Shown: positions 30,958-41,285 of the stretch, one piece after another
Layout: each line of letters begins with the position of its first letter
Numbering within the stretch: the stretch's first letter is position 1
From: Escherichia coli
Lineage (GTDB): Bacteria > Pseudomonadota > Gammaproteobacteria > Enterobacterales > Enterobacteriaceae
DNA: 64,000 nucleotides
Direction: 5' to 3' (one strand)
Assembly (NCBI RefSeq): GCF_048403405.1
Contig: NZ_CP183129.1
Translations under genes and position numbers: made by a program
Notes under the pieces: generated by a model
Databases searched by the model: none
What the model was told of the DNA's origin: nothing
What the model saw: only the letters and a program-made list of their open reading frames with translations

Positions 30958-32781
30958 TTAATCGTCTTTCGGTGCGCGGTTGGCACGGCGACGATCGTTT
31001 TCCGTCAGGTGACGTTTACGAATACGGATAGAGGTCGGAGTCACTTCTACCAGTTCGTCATCATCGATGAACTCCAGAGCTTGTTCCAGAGTCATGCGGA
31101 TAGGCGGAACCAGAACAACGGCTTCGTCAGTACCGGAAGCACGCATGTTGGTCAGTTTCTTACCGGTCAGGCAGTTTACAGTCAGGTCGTTAGAGCGGCT
31201 ATGAATACCGATAATCTGACCTTCGTAAACTTCTGCACCGTGACCGAGGAACAGCTTACCGCGATCCTGCAGACCGAACAACGCGAACGCTACCGCTTTA
31301 CCCTGACCGTTAGAGATCAGTACGCCGTTCTGACGCTGACCCACTTCACCCGGACGTACGTCGTCGTAGTGGCTGAAGGTGGAGTACAGCAGACCCGTAC
31401 CGGAAGTCATGGTCATGAACTCAGAACGGAAGCCAATCAGACCACGGCTTGGGATCACGTAGTCGAGACGTACGCGGCCTTTACCGTCTGGATTCATGTT
31501 TTTCAGGTCGCCTTTACGTTCGCCCAGCGCCTGCATCACAGAACCCTGATGCTGTTCTTCAACGTCCAGCGTCACGTTTTCATACGGCTCTTGTTTACGA
31601 CCGTCGATTTCACGGAAGATTACTTTCGGACGGGATACCGCCAGTTCGAAACCTTCACGACGCATGTTTTCGATCAGAACAGACAGGTGCAGTTCGCCAC
31701 GACCAGAAACGCGGAACGCATCGGCGTCTTCGGTTTCTTCTACGCGCAGCGCAACGTTGTGTACCAGTTCTTTGTTCAGACGATCCAGGATCTGACGAGA
31801 CGTTACGAACTTACCTTCTTTACCGCAGAACGGCGAGGTGTTAACGCAGAAGAACATAGAAACGGTCGGCTCATCAACGGAGAGTGCCGGCAGCGCTTCA
31901 ACGTTTTGCGTGTCGCAAACGGTGTCAGAAATGTTCAGTTCGCCCAGGCCCGTGATCGCCACGATATCGCCAGCTTCCGCCAGATCGGTTTCGATACGTT
32001 CCAGACCGAGGTGGCCCAGCACTTTACCGACTTTCGCGTTGCGGGTTTTGCCTTCGCTATCGATGATAGTAACCTGCTGGTTCGGCTTCACTTTACCGCG
32101 CTTGATGCGGCCAATGCCGATAACGCCAACATAGCTGTTGTAATCGAGCTGAGAAATCTGCATCTGGAACGGACCGTCAAGGTCAACGTCCGGCGCAGGA
32201 ACGTGGTCAACAATCGCCTGATACAGCGGGGTCATGTCTTCCGCCATATCTTCGTGGTCCAGACCCGCGATACCGTTCAGCGCAGAAGCGTAAACGATCG
32301 GGAAGTCCAGCTGCTCGTCGGTCGCGTCGAGGTTAACGAACAGATCGAATACCTGATCCACAACCCAATCAGGACGCGCGCCAGGGCGGTCAACTTTGTT
32401 GATAACAACAATCGGCTTCAGGCCGTAAGCAAACGCTTTTTTGGTTACGAAGCGCGTTTGCGGCATCGGGCCGTCAAATGCGTCAACCACCAGCAGCACT
32501 GAGTCTACCATGGACATTACACGTTCAACTTCACCACCGAAGTCGGCGTGCCCCGGGGTATCAACGATGTTGATACGGTAATCATTCCATTTGATAGCGG
32601 TGTTTTTCGCGAGGATGGTAATCCCACGCTCTTTCTCCAAATCGTTGGAGTCCATCACGCGCTCTTGGGTTTCGGCACGAGAGTCGAACGTACCGGATTG
32701 TTGGAGCAGCTTGTCTACCAGGGTGGTTTTACCATGGTCTACGTGCGCGATGATGGCGATATTACGCAATTTTTCGATCAC
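30958..32781 (-). CDS. typA: Ribosome-binding translational GTPase BipA/TypA
   Basis: 607-aa ORF with GTPase motifs [14 protein letters not shown] and NKVD. Confidence 0.97.
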   Translation of the reverse strand: MIEKLRNIAIIAHVDHGKTTLVDKLLQQSGTFDSRAETQERVMDSNDLEKERGITILAKNTAIKWNDYRINIVDTPGHADFGGEVERVMSMVDSVLLVVDAFDGPMPQTRFVTKKAFAYGLKPIVVINKVDRPGARPDWVVDQVFDLFVNLDATDEQLDFPIVYASALNGIAGLDHEDMAEDMTPLYQAIVDHVPAPDVDLDGPFQMQISQLDYNSYVGVIGIGRIKRGKVKPNQQVTIIDSEGKTRNAKVGKVLGHLGLERIETDLAEAGDIVAITGLGELNISDTVCDTQNVEALPALSVDEPTVSMFFCVNTSPFCGKEGKFVTSRQILDRLNKELVHNVALRVEETEDADAFRVSGRGELHLSVLIENMRREGFELAVSRPKVIFREIDGRKQEPYENVTLDVEEQHQGSVMQALGERKGDLKNMNPDGKGRVRLDYVIPSRGLIGFRSEFMTMTSGTGLLYSTFSHYDDVRPGEVGQRQNGVLISNGQGKAVAFALFGLQDRGKLFLGHGAEVYEGQIIGIHSRSNDLTVNCLTGKKLTNMRASGTDEAVVLVPPIRMTLEQALEFIDDDELVEVTPTSIRIRKRHLTENDRRRANRAPKDD

Positions 32782-32932
32782 AACTTTGCCTCAGGCATTA
32801 GAAATAGCGCGTTATTGTACACGGATTAATCGCACTACAAAACAGGATCACAAACATCCTCCGCAAACAAGTATTGCAGAGTCCCTTTGTGATCGCTTTC
32901 ACGGAGCATAAAAAGGGTTATCCAAAGGTCAT

Positions 32933-32981
32933 TGCACCAATATGGTGCTTAATGTTTCCATTGAAGCACTATATTGGTGCA
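32933..32981 (+). promoter_or_regulatory. NtrC enhancer sites upstream of glnA
   Basis: TGCACCAATATGGTGC (32933-32948) and GCACTATATTGGTGCA (32966-32981) fit TGCACC-N5-GGTGCA. Further half-sites follow up to about 33025. Confidence 0.85.
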
Positions 32982-33054
32982 ACATTCACATCGTGGTGCA
33001 GCCCTTTTGCACGATGGTGCGCATGATAACGCCTTTTAGGGGCAATTTAAAAGT

Positions 33055-33070
33055 TGGCACAGATTTCGCT
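33055..33070 (+). promoter_or_regulatory. glnAp2 sigma-54 promoter
   Basis: TGGCAC-AGATT-TCGCT has the -24 GG / -12 GC spacing and lies 84 bp upstream of the glnA ATG. Confidence 0.9.
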
Positions 33071-33153
33071 TTATCTTTTTTACGGCGACACGGCCAAAAT
33101 AATTGCAGATTTCGTTACCACGACGACCATGACCAATCCAGGAGAGTTAAAGT

Positions 33154-34563
33154 ATGTCCGCTGAACACGTACTGACGATGCTGAACGAGCACGAAGTGAA
33201 GTTTGTTGATTTGCGCTTCACCGATACCAAAGGTAAAGAACAGCACGTCACTATCCCTGCTCATCAGGTGAATGCTGAATTCTTCGAAGAAGGCAAAATG
33301 TTTGACGGCTCCTCGATTGGCGGCTGGAAAGGCATTAACGAATCCGACATGGTGCTGATGCCAGACGCATCCACCGCAGTGATTGATCCGTTCTTCGCCG
33401 ATTCTACCCTGATTATCCGTTGCGACATCCTTGAACCTGGTACCCTGCAAGGCTATGACCGTGACCCGCGCTCCATCGCGAAGCGCGCTGAAGATTACCT
33501 GCGTTCCACTGGCATTGCCGACACCGTACTGTTCGGGCCAGAACCTGAATTCTTCCTGTTCGATGACATCCGTTTCGGATCTTCTATCTCCGGTTCCCAC
33601 GTTGCTATCGACGATATCGAAGGCGCATGGAACTCCTCCACCCAATATGAAGGTGGTAACAAAGGTCACCGTCCGGCAGTGAAAGGCGGTTACTTCCCGG
33701 TTCCGCCGGTAGACTCTGCTCAGGATATTCGTTCTGAAATGTGTCTGGTGATGGAACAGATGGGTCTGGTGGTTGAAGCCCATCACCACGAAGTAGCGAC
33801 TGCTGGTCAGAACGAAGTGGCTACCCGCTTCAATACCATGACCAAAAAAGCTGACGAAATTCAGATCTACAAATATGTTGTGCACAACGTAGCGCACCGC
33901 TTCGGTAAAACCGCGACCTTTATGCCAAAACCGATGTTCGGTGATAACGGCTCCGGTATGCACTGCCACATGTCGCTGTCTAAAAACGGCGTCAACCTGT
34001 TCGCAGGCGACAAATACGCAGGTCTGTCTGAGCAGGCGCTGTACTATATTGGCGGCGTAATCAAACACGCGAAAGCGATTAATGCCCTGGCAAACCCGAC
34101 CACCAACTCTTACAAGCGTCTGGTCCCGGGCTACGAAGCACCGGTAATGCTGGCTTACTCTGCACGCAACCGTTCTGCGTCTATCCGTATTCCGGTGGTT
34201 TCTTCTCCGAAAGCACGTCGTATCGAAGTACGTTTCCCGGATCCGGCGGCTAACCCGTACCTGTGCTTTGCTGCCCTGCTGATGGCCGGTCTTGATGGTA
34301 TCAAGAACAAGATCCATCCGGGCGAAGCCATGGACAAAAACCTGTATGACCTGCCGCCGGAAGAAGCGAAAGAGATCCCACAGGTTGCTGGTTCTCTGGA
34401 AGAAGCACTGAACGAACTGGATCTGGACCGCGAGTTCCTGAAAGCCGGTGGCGTGTTCACTGATGAAGCGATCGATGCGTACATCGCTCTGCGTCGCGAA
34501 GAAGATGACCGCGTGCGTATGACTCCGCATCCGGTAGAGTTTGAGCTGTACTACAGCGTCTAA
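33154..34563 (+). CDS. glnA: Glutamine synthetase type I
   Basis: 469-aa ORF starting [24 protein letters not shown]. The adenylylation-site region NLYDLP is present. Confidence 0.98.
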
Positions 34564-34580
34564 TAGTTGAAGTTGTACTA

Positions 34581-34604
34581 CCCGGCGCAACAACGCCGGG
34601 ATTT
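34581..34604 (+). terminator. glnA terminator hairpin
   Basis: CCCGGCG-CAACAA-CGCCGGG followed by ATTT, a short U tract. Confidence 0.65.
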
Positions 34605-34693
34605 AGTTGCCGTGGAAACTTTCAGCCCATCTCTGCATGGGCTTTTTTCTCCGTCAATTCTCTGATGCTTCGCGCTTTTTATCCGTAAAAAGC

Positions 34694-34715
34694 TATAATG
34701 CACTAAAATGGTGCA
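34694..34715 (+). promoter_or_regulatory. glnL promoter -10 overlapping an NtrC operator
   Basis: TATAAT at 34694-34699 overlaps TGCACTAAAATGGTGCA at 34699-34715. Confidence 0.75.
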
Positions 34716-34736
34716 ACCTGTTCAGGAGACTGCTTT

Positions 34737-35786
34737 ATGGCAACAGGCACGCAGCCCGATGCTGGGCAGATCCTCAACTCGCTGATTAACAGTATTTTGT
34801 TAATCGATGACAACCTGGCGATCCATTACGCCAACCCCGCCGCGCAACAACTGCTCGCCCAAAGCTCCCGCAAATTGTTTGGTACGCCGTTACCGGAACT
34901 GTTGAGCTACTTCTCATTAAATATCGAGCTGATGCAAGAAAGTCTGGAGGCGGGGCAAGGCTTTACCGATAACGAAGTGACGCTGGTCATCGACGGGCGC
35001 TCGCATATCCTTTCTGTGACGGCCCAGCGTATGCCGGACGGCATGATCCTGCTGGAGATGGCTCCGATGGATAACCAGCGCCGCTTAAGTCAGGAACAGC
35101 TACAGCACGCCCAGCAGGTTGCTGCCCGTGATTTAGTGCGCGGCCTGGCACATGAGATTAAAAATCCGCTTGGCGGTTTACGTGGCGCGGCGCAGCTGCT
35201 CAGCAAAGCATTACCTGACCCGTCACTACTCGAATATACCAAAGTGATTATCGAACAGGCGGACCGGCTGCGAAATCTGGTCGACCGTCTGTTGGGACCG
35301 CAACTGCCCGGTACGCGCGTTACCGAAAGTATTCATAAAGTGGCTGAACGCGTGGTGACGCTGGTGTCGATGGAACTGCCGGACAACGTGCGGTTGATTC
35401 GTGATTACGACCCCAGCCTGCCGGAACTGGCGCACGACCCGGATCAAATTGAGCAAGTGCTCCTGAATATTGTGCGCAATGCGCTACAGGCGCTGGGGCC
35501 AGAGGGTGGTGAAATCATTCTGCGTACCCGCACAGCTTTCCAACTGACCTTACACGGCGAGCGTTATCGGCTGGCGGCGCGAATTGATGTGGAAGATAAC
35601 GGGCCAGGTATTCCGCCTCATTTGCAGGATACACTGTTTTACCCGATGGTCAGCGGCCGCGAAGGTGGCACCGGGCTTGGCTTATCCATCGCCCGTAATT
35701 TGATTGATCAGCATTCAGGCAAAATTGAATTTACCAGTTGGCCAGGTCATACCGAGTTCTCGGTTTACCTGCCTATCAGGAAATAA
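34737..35786 (+). CDS. glnL: Nitrogen-regulation sensor histidine kinase NtrB
   Basis: 349-aa ORF with an H-box (LAHEIKNPL) and N/G boxes. Confidence 0.97.
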
Positions 35787-35797
35787 AGGTGACGTTT

Positions 35798-37207
35798 ATG
35801 CAACGAGGGATAGTCTGGGTAGTCGATGACGATAGTTCCATCCGTTGGGTGCTTGAACGTGCGCTCGCTGGAGCGGGTTTAACCTGTACAACATTTGAGA
35901 ACGGCGCGGAGGTACTGGAGGCGCTGGCGAGCAAAACGCCGGATGTGCTGCTTTCAGATATCCGTATGCCGGGAATGGACGGGCTGGCGCTGCTCAAGCA
36001 GATTAAACAGCGCCATCCGATGCTTCCGGTCATCATTATGACCGCACATTCCGATCTGGATGCTGCCGTCAGCGCCTATCAACAAGGGGCATTTGATTAT
36101 CTGCCCAAACCGTTTGATATCGACGAAGCCGTGGCGCTGGTTGAGCGCGCCATCAGTCATTACCAAGAACAGCAGCAGCCGCGTAATGTTCAGCTTAACG
36201 GCCCAACGACCGATATCATCGGCGAAGCGCCAGCCATGCAGGACGTGTTCCGTATTATCGGTCGGCTTTCGCGTTCTTCTATTAGCGTGCTGATTAACGG
36301 CGAATCCGGCACCGGTAAAGAGCTGGTCGCTCATGCCCTGCATCGCCACAGTCCGCGAGCCAAAGCGCCGTTTATCGCGCTGAATATGGCGGCTATCCCG
36401 AAGGATTTGATCGAATCAGAACTGTTTGGTCACGAGAAAGGCGCGTTTACTGGCGCGAACACCATTCGTCAGGGGCGTTTTGAACAGGCCGATGGCGGCA
36501 CGTTATTTCTCGACGAAATTGGTGATATGCCGCTGGATGTGCAGACGCGTTTGCTGCGCGTGCTGGCAGACGGTCAGTTTTATCGCGTTGGCGGCTATGC
36601 GCCGGTGAAAGTGGATGTGCGGATTATCGCTGCCACTCACCAGAATCTTGAACAGCGGGTGCAGGAAGGTAAGTTCCGTGAGGATCTGTTCCACCGCCTG
36701 AACGTCATCCGCGTTCATCTGCCACCACTGCGTGAGCGTCGGGAAGATATTCCCCGCCTGGCACGCCATTTTTTACAGGTTGCCGCGCGCGAACTGGGCG
36801 TAGAAGCGAAGTTACTGCATCCGGAAACCGAAGCCGCGCTGACGCGTCTGGCGTGGCCAGGCAACGTGCGCCAGCTGGAAAACACCTGCCGCTGGCTAAC
36901 GGTAATGGCTGCCGGACAGGAAGTGTTGATTCAGGATTTGCCTGGCGAACTGTTTGAATCAACGGTTGCGGAGAGTACTTCGCAAATGCAACCGGACAGT
37001 TGGGCGACGCTGTTAGCGCAGTGGGCAGACAGGGCGCTGCGTTCCGGTCATCAAAATCTGCTTTCCGAAGCGCAGCCTGAGCTGGAGCGGACGTTACTGA
37101 CCACCGCGCTGCGACATACGCAGGGGCATAAACAGGAAGCGGCGCGGCTACTCGGCTGGGGGCGTAACACTCTGACGCGGAAGTTAAAAGAGCTGGGGAT
37201 GGAGTGA
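35798..37207 (+). CDS. glnG: Sigma-54-dependent response regulator NtrC
   Basis: 469 codons from [12 protein letters not shown]. The protein has an AAA+ GESGTGKE motif, a GAFTGA loop and a C-terminal HTH. The track start at 35738 lies inside glnL. Confidence 0.97.
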   Translation: MQRGIVWVVDDDSSIRWVLERALAGAGLTCTTFENGAEVLEALASKTPDVLLSDIRMPGMDGLALLKQIKQRHPMLPVIIMTAHSDLDAAVSAYQQGAFDYLPKPFDIDEAVALVERAISHYQEQQQPRNVQLNGPTTDIIGEAPAMQDVFRIIGRLSRSSISVLINGESGTGKELVAHALHRHSPRAKAPFIALNMAAIPKDLIESELFGHEKGAFTGANTIRQGRFEQADGGTLFLDEIGDMPLDVQTRLLRVLADGQFYRVGGYAPVKVDVRIIAATHQNLEQRVQEGKFREDLFHRLNVIRVHLPPLRERREDIPRLARHFLQVAARELGVEAKLLHPETEAALTRLAWPGNVRQLENTCRWLTVMAAGQEVLIQDLPGELFESTVAESTSQMQPDSWATLLAQWADRALRSGHQNLLSEAQPELERTLLTTALRHTQGHKQEAARLLGWGRNTLTRKLKELGME

Positions 37208-37238
37208 TTCACGGCTTGTGTGTAAAGATTGATTATTG

Positions 37239-37264
37239 AGCGCAAATTGCTGGTATTTTGCGCT
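37239..37264 (+). terminator. glnG terminator hairpin
   Basis: AGCGCAAA-N10-TTTGCGCT followed by TTACTGTT. Confidence 0.6.
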
Positions 37265-37318
37265 TTACTGTTCCGATAAGTTCAGTATGATCTTGCCCGG
37301 AAAACGGGGAGAGTCATT

Positions 37319-37429
37319 ATGCTGGAATCAATAATTAATCTGGTATCGAGTGGCGCAGTTGACAGCCACACACCGCAAACTGCCGTTGCTGCCGTGCTGT
37401 GTGCCGCGATGATTGGGCTGTTTAGCTGA
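37319..37429 (+). CDS. yshB: 36-aa small hydrophobic protein YshB
   Basis: The ORF encodes MLESIINLVSSGAVDSHTPQTAVAAVLCAAMIGLFS*. GGGGAGAG lies upstream. It is below the ORF-track cutoff. It matches my memory of K-12 yshB between glnG and hemN. Confidence 0.7.
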   Translation: MLESIINLVSSGAVDSHTPQTAVAAVLCAAMIGLFS

Positions 37430-37462
37430 GTTTCAGATTGCTGATGAAGTGCTCTTTGTTCA

Positions 37463-37552
37463 TGCCGGATGCGGCGTGAACGCCTTATCCGGTCTACAAA
37501 AGCAATATTTTCAACAGGTTTTGTAGGCCTGATAAGCGTAGCGCATCAGGCA
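37463..37552. repeat. BIME (pair of inverted REP elements)
   Basis: TGCCGGATGCGGCGTGAACGCCTTATCCGGTCTAC and GTAGGCCTGATAAGCGTAGCGCATCAGGCA. Confidence 0.9.
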
Positions 37553-37618
37553 ATCTTGTTCTCAGCACATTGATGGCGCTTTCGTTTTCTACTTTGTAAA
37601 CGAAGCGCCATTCACTAT

Positions 37619-38992
37619 TTAAATCACCCGTGAGAACTGCTGCATCCGCGCTTTCTGGCGCAGATAGGTATCAAAGCACATGCAAATGTTGCGGATCAGC
37701 AAGCGACCTTTCGCCGTCACCTGAATCCCCTTCTCATCCACATCCACCAGCCCATCTTTTGCTAACGGGGCGAGCAGCTTGAGATCTTCGGCAAAGTAAT
37801 CAGCGAAGTGCAAATCCCACTGTTGCTCAATGGGAGCGTAATCCAGACGGAAGTTGCAGATGAGCGACTTAATCACATCGCGGCGAATACAGTCATCACG
37901 CGTTAGCGCAATACCACGCCACAGCGCATTGCCTTGTTCATCCACTTGCTGATAGTACTGCTTCAACTCTTTCTGGTTCTGCGCGTAGCAGTCGCCAATC
38001 ATGCTGATGGCGGAAACGCCCATCCCCAGCAGATCGGTATCGCCCTGAGTGGTGTAGCCCTGGAAGTTACGATGCAGCACGCCTTCACGCTGGGCCACCG
38101 CCAGTTCGTCATCAGGACGGGCAAAGTGATCCATACCGATAAACTGATAGCCCGATTGCGTCAGGAAGGCGATGGTTTCCTGCAGGATATCGAGTTTTTG
38201 CTGCGGACTCGGCAAGTCAGCATCTTTGATTTTGCGCTGAGCAGCAAAAATGGTCGGCAGATGCGCATAGTTAAAGACGCTCAGACGATCGGGGTTCAGC
38301 TCCGCCACGCGTTTCAGGGTAAAAGCGAAACTCTCCGGCGTTTGTTTCGGCAGGCCGTAAATCAGGTCGATGTTGGTGGAGGTAAAACCAATCTCACGCG
38401 CATGGTTAAGCAGTGCAAAGATGAACTCTTCATCCTGCTCGCGGTTAACCAGACGTTGCACTTCTTTGTTGAAGTCCTGCACGCCCATGCTCAGGCGATT
38501 AAAGCCCTCGGCGCGTAAATGATCGAGTACATCCAGTTCGATTTCGCGCGGATCGACTTCGATCGAAATCTCCGCATCGGCATTGAACTGGAAGTTTTCG
38601 CGCAGCAGCTTCATCAGACGGCTGATTTGCGCTTTGTTCAGATACGTCGGCGTACCACCGCCCCAGTGCAGCTGGCTCACCTTGCGCCCGGCAAAAAGCG
38701 GTGCACGATGGACGATTTCTTGCTCCAGCGCGTCCAGATACTGATCGGCCTTGTGCTGCTGGCGAGTAACAATCTTATTGCAACCGCAGAAGTAACAAAG
38801 CTTATGGCAGAACGGAATATGTACGTAGAGAGATAATGGACGCTCAGGATAGCGCGCCACGGCTTGTAAAAACGCCTGTTCGCCGAAGTCTTCTGAAAAC
38901 TCCAGCGCGGTCGGGTACGAGGTGTATCGTGGCCCGGAATAGTTATATTTCTGGATCAGGGCCAGATCCCAGTCGATTTGCTGTACAGACAT
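37619..38992 (-). CDS. hemN: Oxygen-independent coproporphyrinogen III dehydrogenase (radical SAM)
   Basis: 457 codons from MSVQQIDWDL, with the radical-SAM motif CHKLCYFCGC. Confidence 0.96.
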   Translation of the reverse strand: MSVQQIDWDLALIQKYNYSGPRYTSYPTALEFSEDFGEQAFLQAVARYPERPLSLYVHIPFCHKLCYFCGCNKIVTRQQHKADQYLDALEQEIVHRAPLFAGRKVSQLHWGGGTPTYLNKAQISRLMKLLRENFQFNADAEISIEVDPREIELDVLDHLRAEGFNRLSMGVQDFNKEVQRLVNREQDEEFIFALLNHAREIGFTSTNIDLIYGLPKQTPESFAFTLKRVAELNPDRLSVFNYAHLPTIFAAQRKIKDADLPSPQQKLDILQETIAFLTQSGYQFIGMDHFARPDDELAVAQREGVLHRNFQGYTTQGDTDLLGMGVSAISMIGDCYAQNQKELKQYYQQVDEQGNALWRGIALTRDDCIRRDVIKSLICNFRLDYAPIEQQWDLHFADYFAEDLKLLAPLAKDGLVDVDEKGIQVTAKGRLLIRNICMCFDTYLRQKARMQQFSRVI

Positions 38993-39180
38993 GCTCACTC
39001 CTTCCGATGGCGTCTCTGGCGGCTACGGCGTACCGGCGGATGCCCGTTTCGGGTCATCAGCCGGTTGCGCAGCCACTTTTGTCGCCGCGACAACCGCTGT
39101 AGTTTAACGAATAACCACACCAGATAACATATAACCGGAAGGGTTATCAGCAGAACGGGAAGGCCCACGGCGGCAATCCG

Positions 39181-39690
39181 TTAGTTGCCCCGCAGCAGAC
39201 GCATCATGTCTTCTTGCTTCTCGTCTTCTTCCTCTTCTTCGTCATCGTCATAAGAGAGGCCGAGCTTCTGCATCAACTCATCAATACGATCCAGCTTGGC
39301 ATCCACCCAGGATTGCTCTTCGGCGCTCAGGGTTTCGCCTGCTTCCAGACGTTCCAGCAGCGCATCCAGACGCTCATCCGTTTCCAGTAACTCCAACTCC
39401 GCCTGCGGTGAAAGCATAGGTTTCTCACTCTTCGGTTTGTGCTGTTTGGTGACTTTTTCAGTCACGCCCAATGGAATAGGGGTTTTACTGCCAATACGTG
39501 GATCTTTCGGTGCGTTCTGGCCTTTGCTGCCTGACGTGGTGTTACCGCCCGCTGCGCGGCTGCCCGGCGCATGACCACGACGTTTTTTCTGACGCTTACG
39601 GTCACGAGCTTCCTGATCCAGCTCCTCGCGTGTTTTTCGACGCGCTTTTGCAAGACCTTTGCTGCGTGAGTTTGAAGATGATGGTTTCAT
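39181..39690 (-). CDS. yihI: Der GTPase-activating protein YihI
   Basis: 169 codons from [12 protein letters not shown]. The N-terminus is very basic and the C-terminal tail is acidic ([10 protein letters not shown]). Confidence 0.92.
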   Translation of the reverse strand: MKPSSSNSRSKGLAKARRKTREELDQEARDRKRQKKRRGHAPGSRAAGGNTTSGSKGQNAPKDPRIGSKTPIPLGVTEKVTKQHKPKSEKPMLSPQAELELLETDERLDALLERLEAGETLSAEEQSWVDAKLDRIDELMQKLGLSYDDDEEEEEDEKQEDMMRLLRGN

Positions 39691-39756
39691 AATGGTTCGT
39701 CTTTTAGCCGTTTTATTCAGTATAGATTTGCGGCGGAATCTAACAGAAAGCAAGCA

Positions 39757-40001
39757 AAGAAAAAAGGCGACAGATTACTCTGTCGCCTTTTTTCCTGACT
39801 CATAACCCTTAACGGGTCTTACAATCCTTGCAGGCCGCCAACACACCCTGTTTTTCCATTAGCCGGAACAATCCGTGTTGATTCCATTTCCGTTTAATTA
39901 CGTCTCCGGACGTTTGTCTTCCTGACAATCCTCTGTCTTCGCCTCCTGGCGCTCCTGACCCTCATCCTGAGTCATTGTTCCTGTTAGCGTCCTCGCTCTA
40001 T
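39757..40001 (-). ncRNA. csrC: CsrC sRNA (CsrA-sequestering)
   Basis: The minus strand reads ATAGAGCGAGGACGCTAACAGGAACAATGACTCAGGATGAGGG... and contains 14 GGA motifs in 245 nt. It ends in the terminator GGCGACAGAGTAATCTGTCGCC plus a T-run. It lies between engB and yihI as in K-12. Confidence 0.93.
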
Positions 40002-40271
40002 GGGTGCTACTTTACGCCTTTGCTTTAAACAAACAATCAACCGCCATCAGTATTTGCACATTTTCAGAGTTTTATATAAAAGCAATTAACTGATTTATAT
40101 AGCTTATTTGACATGCATCGCAGAATTTTCTCTGCTATTTCGCATAAAGACTATCGGCAATGTCTCACAAAGCGTATGGCTTTTACTTACAACGCTCACG
40201 CCGAAAAATCCGCCTTTTATTATGGTTCAGGTATAATCGCCGCAAAGCTTTGACTGACGGAGACGACCGCT

Positions 40272-40904
40272 TTGACTAATTTGAATTATCAACAGACGCA
40301 TTTTGTGATGAGTGCGCCTGATATTCGCCACCTACCTTCCGATACCGGAATTGAAGTGGCTTTTGCAGGCCGTTCCAACGCAGGTAAATCCAGCGCGCTG
40401 AACACGCTGACTAACCAGAAAAGCCTGGCTCGTACCTCAAAAACCCCAGGGCGCACCCAGCTTATCAACCTGTTTGAAGTGGCTGACGGCAAGCGTCTGG
40501 TTGACCTGCCCGGCTATGGCTACGCGGAAGTCCCGGAAGAGATGAAGCGCAAATGGCAACGCGCGCTCGGCGAATACCTCGAAAAACGTCAGAGCCTGCA
40601 AGGTCTGGTGGTGCTAATGGATATTCGCCATCCGCTGAAAGATTTGGATCAACAGATGATTGAGTGGGCGGTAGACAGCAATATCGCCGTGCTGGTGCTG
40701 CTGACCAAAGCGGACAAACTGGCAAGCGGCGCACGTAAAGCGCAATTGAATATGGTGCGTGAAGCGGTGCTGGCGTTTAACGGTGATGTGCAGGTTGAAA
40801 CGTTCTCTTCACTGAAGAAACAAGGCGTGGACAAGCTGCGGCAGAAACTGGATACCTGGTTTAGCGAGATGCAGCCTGTAGAAGAAACGCAGGACGGCGA
40901 ATGA
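40272..40904 (+). CDS. engB: Ribosome-biogenesis GTPase EngB/YihA
   Basis: 210-aa ORF with a TTG start. It has G1 [10 protein letters not shown]3 DLPGYG and G4 TKADK motifs. Confidence 0.95.
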
Positions 40905-40924
40905 TTTTCTTGCCTTAATGCTTG

Positions 40925-41006
40925 TGCCGGATGTGGCGTATCCGGCCCGTAAATTCAATAGATTACGATTTTACCGTTGGCCTGATAAACATGGCGTATC
41001 AGGCAT
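40925..41006. repeat. REP-like elements
   Basis: TGCCGGATGTGGCGTATCCGGC and GGCCTGATAAACATGGCGTATCAGGCA. Confidence 0.8.
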
Positions 41007-41029
41007 TACGGATCTTTTCTTTCGCCCAA

Positions 41030-41138
41030 TAAAAAACGCCCCAGTCATTACTGACTGGGGCGGCTAAAATATTCAGCCAAATCCGATTACGTGAAGTAAA
41101 AGGTCTGAAAGATAGAACATCTTACCTCTGTACCCTAC
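41030..41138 (-). ncRNA. spf: Spot 42 sRNA
   Basis: The minus strand reads GTAGGGTACAGAGGTAAGATGTTCTATCTTTCAGACCTTTTACTTCACGTAATCGGATTTGGCTGAATATTTTAGCCGCCCCAGTCAGTAATGACTGGGGCGTTTTTTATT (109 nt). It lies between polA and engB. Confidence 0.95.
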
Positions 41139-41285
41139 GCGACTAACTTTACTCTTTTTTGTTCAGTTCAGAAAGCACTTTTTGTAATTTTTTTTCAGTT
41201 GTTGCATAGGAATTTCTAATAGCCATCACAAAACGTGACAGCTTATGTTGCTTACTTACGAAAAAAGGGCATGTTCAGGCGAATC

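Noticed and set aside
31009-32502. 497-aa ORF antisense to typA (plus 31449-31844 and 31838-32134)
   Set aside because: It lies entirely within, and opposite to, a GTPase gene with all canonical motifs. Its product is a low-complexity R/V/F/T-rich sequence with no start context. This is a shadow ORF.
33115-34593. 492-aa ORF antisense to glnA
   Set aside because: It is a mirror of the highly expressed, codon-biased glnA frame. It shows no SD and no protein-like features.
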